Source of the DNA: an uncultured Verrucomicrobiota bacterium
GTDB taxonomy: Bacteria; Verrucomicrobiota; Kiritimatiellia; CAYTQP01; CAZOLK01
Length of the DNA: 54,233 nt
NCBI GenBank assembly: GCA_964580325.1
Contig: CAZOLK010000004.1
Span: 1 to 54,233 of the forward strand
Direction of reading: 5' to 3'
The notes below the pieces were generated by a model. That model saw nothing but the letters and a program-made list of their open reading frames with translations, was not told the DNA's origin and did not search any database. Below are positions 48,978 through 54,233 of this stretch, piece by piece (within the stretch, counting starts at the first letter, position 1; each line of letters starts with the position of its first letter). Both the position numbers and the translations under genes were made by a program.

Positions 48978-50846
48978 TTATGGCCGGTAGCGTTTACCCA
49001 ACAGCAGCACGTCCTTCAACCCCTGGCTTTCGCGAGCGTTACGCCAGCGCACGATAAAATCGTCGCTCTGTACCAGTTGAGCCAGCGCCGACAAGGTGCG
49101 CAAATGGAAGTTGCGCTCGTCTTTTGTTCCGAATAAAACGAAAATCGCGTGGATATCCTTTTCTTCCGCGGTAAAACGGACGCCGTTTTTGCAGCGCACT
49201 AGGGCCATGTCGAATTTCCCCGTGCCGTTCAGCACCACATGGGGGATGGCCAGAAACTCGGTCAGGACCGTGGATCCCTGTTGTTCGCGCTGCTCCAGCT
49301 TCTCGCGCAGGTCGGCTTCCTCCATGTCAAGCCGCACGGCCATGGCCTGGCTGATTTTTTTGAACAAGTCCGCTTTATCCAGCGGTCCGTCCAGATCGAG
49401 CGCGAGACTGTTGGCGATCAATTCGTCGAACCGATCTTGTACCATGGAATCGCGTTCACGGATGATCCCTTTGAGTTCGTTTTCCAAGGCGCCAGTGACC
49501 AGTTCGCGTGCGGTCATGCGTTCGATCAGGTGCAGCAGCGCGTATTCACGTTCGACGCGATGCCGGCCGTAGAACCAGTAGGCGCCGAACCCGATCAGGA
49601 AAAGCAGCGCGCTGATCGCAAACGCTTCGATGCCCATTTCAAAAATGAGCAGCGTGAAACCGATCACGCCGACGATTTGGAGCCAGGGATAAAACGGCGC
49701 ACGAAAGCTGGGCCGATAATTCTCGACGCGGCTCTCACGCAAAATAATTACGCAGACCGAAGATAGGACAAAACCCATAATCAATACCAGCGAAGCGGCC
49801 TCGACCAGGATGCGTAGATCCAGCATCAATACGCCTGCCATGAAGCAACCAGTGACAATGATGGCGATATACGGAGTGCTGTTCTTGTTCAGTTTGCTGA
49901 ATACCGGATGCAGCAACTCGTCCCGGCTGAGCGCCAGCAGGTAGCGCGATGCGGACATGATGCCGGCATTGGCCGTGGATACGAACGCCAGGATCGCGGC
50001 CATGCTCAGGGTGCCTGCGCCGACTGGACCCATGAAAGCGCGCGCGCCGTCGGTGATAGGCGTCAATGAACCGTCAAGGTGCTCAGAGGGCAGCACGCCG
50101 GTCGTCACCCATACGATCAGCACATAAAACAAACTCACCACGGCCAGGGACAGGGCCATGGCCATGGGAATGGTTTTGCTCGGGTTGCGCACCTCTTCGG
50201 CAATACCGGAGATCTGGATCAAGCCGCCATAGGCCACGAACACAAAGCCGGCCGTGGCCAGGACTTTGTGCGGACCGAAGGGCATGAATGGGATCAGGTT
50301 GGTCATCTCGATTCTGGGAAAGCCCAGGAAAACATAGAGCGCCATCAGCACCAAAAGCCCGAGCACGAAATAGACCTGGATCCGACCGGCATGTTCGGTG
50401 CCCTTCAAATTGAGCAGGACAAAAATGATGCAGAGCAGCAATCCGGCCACGCGAATAACCAGGTTGATGTCGATCCCGGGCAGCAGTAACGCCAGGAAAG
50501 CGCCCATGCCGACCATGGCAAAAGCGCTTTTGAGCGACAGCGAGAACCAGTTGAGCAGACCGGACACCGAACCGGCAGCCGGTCCCAGTGCGCGGGCAAT
50601 GAAAAAGTAGTCGCCGCCGGCCTTGGGCATGGCCGTGGCCAGTTCGGCCGCGTTGAGCATGCCGACTAGGGCCAGCAGTGCGGCCATAAAATAGGACAGG
50701 ATGACCGCTGGGCCGGCCTGGGCATGGGCCATGCCGGGCAGCACGAAAATACCCGAACTGATCATGGCGCCGGAAGCTATACAAAACACATGCAAAAGCC
50801 CGAGATCCTTACTCAATCCATTTTTCGTCGCATTCGTCGTCATCAA
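48978..50846 (-). CDS. APC amino-acid permease fused to a C-terminal PTS EIIA (Ntr/Fru-type) domain
   Basis: GAMISSGIFVLPG, AELATAMPKAGGDY, AEEVRNP, 12 TMs; C-terminal REQQGSTVLTEFLAIPH...HLRTLSALA. Confidence 0.9.
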   Translation of the reverse strand: MMTTNATKNGLSKDLGLLHVFCIASGAMISSGIFVLPGMAHAQAGPAVILSYFMAALLALVGMLNAAELATAMPKAGGDYFFIARALGPAAGSVSGLLNWFSLSLKSAFAMVGMGAFLALLLPGIDINLVIRVAGLLLCIIFVLLNLKGTEHAGRIQVYFVLGLLVLMALYVFLGFPRIEMTNLIPFMPFGPHKVLATAGFVFVAYGGLIQISGIAEEVRNPSKTIPMAMALSLAVVSLFYVLIVWVTTGVLPSEHLDGSLTPITDGARAFMGPVGAGTLSMAAILAFVSTANAGIMSASRYLLALSRDELLHPVFSKLNKNSTPYIAIIVTGCFMAGVLMLDLRILVEAASLVLIMGFVLSSVCVIILRESRVENYRPSFRAPFYPWLQIVGVIGFTLLIFEMGIEAFAISALLFLIGFGAYWFYGRHRVEREYALLHLIERMTARELVTGALENELKGIIRERDSMVQDRFDELIANSLALDLDGPLDKADLFKKISQAMAVRLDMEEADLREKLEQREQQGSTVLTEFLAIPHVVLNGTGKFDMALVRCKNGVRFTAEEKDIHAIFVLFGTKDERNFHLRTLSALAQLVQSDDFIVRWRNARESQGLKDVLLLGKRYRP

Positions 50847-51001
50847 TTATCTCCTGATTCAGCATCATCGTGGTGCAATGCTTTACTTACGACAACCGCA
50901 AAAAGCAAGTTCAATGTGAAAGGGGCATCGCCGGCGAAAACCGGCGTGAACAAAACGCAGCCTTGCTCGGTTTATTGGGTTGAAACTAAAAGGCTGCTGC
51001 T

Positions 51002-51184
51002 ATGAAAAAAAGTTCTGAAAGACAGTCCATTTCGTGGAAGTGCGGCTTGCTTGCGTTTTGGCGCAACTGGGTCCGGCCTTTGCTGGTCGTGCTGGTGGTC
51101 ATGCTTCCTTGGCGCTCTTCAATCGCGAATTGGAACGATGTGCCGACCGGATCCATGAAGCCTACTATTCTGGAGGGGGAGTAA
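51002..51184 (+). pseudogene. lepB: Truncated signal peptidase I (N-terminal fragment)
   Basis: TM followed by RSSIANWNDVPTGSMKPTILEGE (catalytic Ser box B), then a stop; the Lys box is missing. Confidence 0.8.
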
Positions 51185-51271
51185 TGGTTTTTCGTCCCAT
51201 GCTTTTTGCTTTCGATTAACTCTATTTCAACCATGCAAGTTCGGCGTTTTACGCCTTTCCCTTGTTGATAA

Positions 51272-51820
51272 TTATGCTTTTTCTTTTTCGATGGGTTCGA
51301 TCACCGACCGTATAAAAAGGTCCGGCTCGGGGATGGGCAGGCCGATGAGGGTGTCGGCGGCGACGAATATTTGGTTTCGAGATTGGGCAGCGGGCGGATG
51401 CCGTGTTTTTTGGCTTTGTTGCGGTTGGTTGTCTGATCGCAGACGAGGGAGATAAAGAAGCGCAGTTTGGTGATCTGGATGGCGATGGGTTGGATGTCTA
51501 CGCCGTAGAGGCAATTTTCGATAAGGTAGAGCTTGCGTCCGTAGTCGTCGTTGTTGTCGGCGAAGGCGCGTTCGAGTTCTTCGCGCATGGGGCGGAATCG
51601 AGTTTGGCGAGCTGGGTCTGTTTCCATCGGTCGTTGCCAGGATCGAGTTTGCCGAGAATATAAACCAGCTTGTGAAGCGCACCCATGGGGAAGGCACCGG
51701 AACCACAGGCGGGGTCGAGGATTTTTATTTCGTCGATGGCGGTGATGAGGGTGGCGACCTCGGCATCGGTGAATTTGTGGGGTTCTTCGGTGTAGGTGAA
51801 GAGGTTGTCGAAACGGGAGC
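51272..51820 (-). pseudogene. Type IIG (Eco57I-like) restriction-modification methyltransferase fragment with two frameshifts
   Basis: IKILDPACGSGAFPMGALHKLV / DYGRKLYLIENCLYGVDIQPIAIQITKLRFFISL...IRPLPNLETK / FVAADTLIGLP spread over three frames. Confidence 0.88.
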
Positions 51821-52043
51821 GTAGCCGAGACAATCCTGTCTCGGATTTTCGGGAATCAGGGGCAGGATTGCCCCTGCTACTCTGATATTCGTTTTCACGG
51901 AGTTTCGCTTTCACGGGATTCTCCGCGATGTAGCGGACGTACCGATCAAACTGCGCTTGGCTCCGGACGATGTGATCATAAGACTCTTTCTGCCAGAAGG
52001 GCTGACGGCGATGGAGAGGATAGCAGAGACAATCTTGTCTCTG
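51821..52043 (-). mobile_element. RAYT (REP-associated Y1 transposase) C-terminal fragment flanked by GTAG-type REPs
   Basis: FWQKESYDHIVRSQAQFDRYVRYIAENPVKA; REP hairpins GTAGCCGAGACAATCCTGTCTCGG (51821), CAGGGGCAGGATTGCCCCTGCTAC (51857), ATAGCAGAGACAATCTTGTCTCTG (52020). Confidence 0.85.
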
Positions 52044-52092
52044 GAATTGGAAGAAACTCCGACAATATAACATCTGTCGAGACGGCTCGGAG

Positions 52093-52431
52093 CTAGAACG
52101 GCATGGGGCCTTCGTCCGGGAAAGGCGGCTCCTCCATGGGGATCTGGTCCTCTGGTGCGGCGGCGCCTTCCTCGGTTTTAGCGATGCGCCATGCTTGCAG
52201 GTTGACGTAGTAACGTTCTTTGTATTCGTTGCCACGCAGATCGAAGCTCACCGTAACGCGGTCGCCCTGTTGATAGGAGTCCAGCATTTCGCAGCGTTCC
52301 TTGACGCATTCGAGTTTGATGTCCTGGGGATAGCGATCCTCGGTCGTTACCACGAAATCACGCTTGGTGAAGCCGCTGTTAAATGCTTGTTTGTCAAATA
52401 TAACCTTTATCGTACCAGTCAGTTCGTACAT
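52093..52431 (-). CDS. DUF3127 family OB-fold (SSB-like) protein
   Basis: [55 protein letters not shown], acidic tail ending GPMPF. Confidence 0.85.
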   Translation of the reverse strand: MYELTGTIKVIFDKQAFNSGFTKRDFVVTTEDRYPQDIKLECVKERCEMLDSYQQGDRVTVSFDLRGNEYKERYYVNLQAWRIAKTEEGAAAPEDQIPMEEPPFPDEGPMPF

Positions 52432-52507
52432 GCCTTGTCCTGTTTTTATATTTTCGATTTAAAGATGCAGAGTGTAAGCCGAGCATGCGGCGAATGCAAG
52501 CAGGAAT

Positions 52508-52581
52508 AGTTGGGAGTTGGGTAGGGCGTTGGGAGTTAGGGAGTTGGGAGTTAGGGTGTTGGGAGTTAGGAGTTGGAAGTT
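52508..52581. repeat. Degenerate heptamer tandem repeat (GGGAGTT/AGGAGTT, STRR-like)
   Basis: About 9-10 imperfect copies in the intergenic gap; translates as PNSQLP repeats on the minus strand. Confidence 0.8.
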
Positions 52582-52593
52582 CCGAAATACCCA

Positions 52594-54233
52594 CTAATGA
52601 TCGACCTTTATTTGGGTCACGTCGAATTCTTCCAGGCGGATGCTGACATCGTTAAGCGAGATGATCAGTGCGTCTGGTGTGCCCAGCATCCAGTTGGATC
52701 CCAGCAAAATGCTGTTATCCTGGGTCCAGATCCATTCGTAGACCGGTTGGCCGTCCGCCATTTGTCCAACTTTGAGGAAGCGGTAGTGAAAATCGTGTTT
52801 CGGTTTATCCAGTACGGAGGTGCGCTGGTAAGGGTGTACTTTTTCGGGATATTTGTCCGGCTTGAGCAAGGTCTTGCGGTTGACCGAAAAGCTGCATGTG
52901 CCCGCCTTTTTGCCGGGTATGGATTTCAACCCGCTCACGGTATAATGGATTTCAAAGCCATCGCCCTTCACTTTTTTCCAGGGAATGATCATTTGGGACG
53001 GACCGGGGTCGTTGTCTTCCAGCAACAGGGCTGTCTCAGGTTCTTGCACCACTGAGGCGCGCAACCCCTGATGTTGCGTCTGTTTAAGGAGTTGGGCTGG
53101 GCGTAGACGGTCCCCGGCGCCTTTATACTTGACCTCCAGTTCGCGCAGAATAAAGCCTTTTTTTGCATAGATTTTGGCGTATTTCAGGTAAAACATGCCG
53201 CCGCATGCCGGGGACAGTTCTTCGCCTGTCGATGCGTGGGTTTGCAGAGGCAACCCTGGTTTGACCGCGGCAAATCGGCCCGCGTTGACGCGTACGCTTT
53301 TGCCGTCGTGGGCAAGGTCCACTGTTCCCTCGCGCACGTCGAGCCGGTTCATGCCGGGCGTCACCAGCAACAAGAACTGGGTTCCGCGCACGGTGAGGTG
53401 AGCGTTTTGGGTGTGGAGCATCATGGGTTTGGCGCTGGGTTGTCTAGCTACGTCGGCAAGTGCCAAACCGTGGCGGACATGGACCTGTTTAGCGCCGTTG
53501 ACGCCGGTCACCCGGACTTGCGCACCGCATTTCAGTTCGAGCGTGCTGCCGTCACGGTATCGCAGGCGCACGACGCTCTCTTCCTCCAACTGTACAAGGT
53601 GGCGTTGGTCGATCATCATGTCGGGGCGAATGGTGCGTTTACCCCAGGTGGCGGCGCCGTGCACTTGTTCGACCGCAACGATGACAGCCTGGCGCTGCTC
53701 ATAATAGAACATGCCGCTCACCATGGCGATCAACGCTGCCGCGGCTGCCAGCGGCAGCAGGATGCGCTGGAACGCGATGTGCCGGGTCCGACGGCGTTGC
53801 AGATTGCAAACGGTCGGCGCAGGGACGGGGCTTGGGGCTTTGTCGCCGATTTCGGTGGCAATTTTCAGCCGCATTTTACGAGCAAATGCCGCACCGGAGT
53901 CGCTGCGCGTCAGGGTGGACAGGGCGTGCGCGGTAAAGGCCCCTGGTTTATGACACATGGCGTTCAGTGCAGCGTCCAGTGCGGTCTGGTTGTAGATCGC
54001 GCGTGCCAGCGCCGGGTTTTGCTGGGCTGCCGCGATAACTTCGCGCTCTTCGTCCGGCGTGGCCGTGCCTTCGAAGCATTTATCGAGTAAAAGATAGAAA
54101 CGGGCCGGCCCATTTTGCTCCCAGGCAATGTCCGGGGCTGGCGCAGACGCTTTTAAACGGGCGATGAACGGGTTGACATCGTGGCGCAGGGCACGTAGGG
54201 CCGCGTCCATGGCAATGTGGCGGTAGAGCGCCC
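52594..54233 (-). CDS. FecR-domain anti-sigma-factor-like membrane protein, probably 5'-truncated by the window edge
   Basis: TM LLPLAAAAALIAMV, FecR core YRDGSTLEL...VRGTQFLL...RLDVREGTVDL; the frame stays open upstream of the ATG at 54210. Confidence 0.82.
   Translation of the reverse strand, partial: ALYRHIAMDAALRALRHDVNPFIARLKASAPAPDIAWEQNGPARFYLLLDKCFEGTATPDEEREVIAAAQQNPALARAIYNQTALDAALNAMCHKPGAFTAHALSTLTRSDSGAAFARKMRLKIATEIGDKAPSPVPAPTVCNLQRRRTRHIAFQRILLPLAAAAALIAMVSGMFYYEQRQAVIVAVEQVHGAATWGKRTIRPDMMIDQRHLVQLEEESVVRLRYRDGSTLELKCGAQVRVTGVNGAKQVHVRHGLALADVARQPSAKPMMLHTQNAHLTVRGTQFLLLVTPGMNRLDVREGTVDLAHDGKSVRVNAGRFAAVKPGLPLQTHASTGEELSPACGGMFYLKYAKIYAKKGFILRELEVKYKGAGDRLRPAQLLKQTQHQGLRASVVQEPETALLLEDNDPGPSQMIIPWKKVKGDGFEIHYTVSGLKSIPGKKAGTCSFSVNRKTLLKPDKYPEKVHPYQRTSVLDKPKHDFHYRFLKVGQMADGQPVYEWIWTQDNSILLGSNWMLGTPDALIISLNDVSIRLEEFDVTQIKVDH

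Overview
A 54 kb bacterial chromosomal window. Its gene content (exosortase/EpsI, prenyltransferase-repeat, VIT-vWA and FecR-type proteins, several AraC-paired catabolic genes) suggests a PVC-superphylum organism, possibly Kiritimatiellia/Lentisphaeria-like; this is inference only. The centre (about 9.1-32.9 kb) is a Wzx/Wzy surface-polysaccharide locus linked to an exosortase. It contains an unusual pseudaminic-acid pathway: PseB and PseC are fused, pseF/pseG/pseI are present, pseH is absent, and an SDR + methyltransferase + ATP-grasp + HAD cassette sits between pseG and pseI. It also has a HAD gene coupled to a UbiA-like/WecG fusion. The left arm carries a GH3 beta-glucosidase, yjbQ coupled to a TagJ/ImpE-like gene, a secreted ARPP-1 + VIT-vWA pair, a TerB-like gene and an FHA gene. 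The right arm carries a GH26, an orphan flgL with a sigma54-type promoter and an inserted domain, AraC-paired URO-D-like and glycyl-radical enzyme genes, bamD-lptE, a variant M23 peptidase facing an unannotated small membrane ORF, and an APC-EIIA transporter. It ends in a decayed patch (lepB fragment, type IIG R-M fragment fused in frame to a RAYT/REP piece). No rRNA, tRNA or CRISPR array was recognised. All protein calls come from motif recognition by eye, not from database searches.
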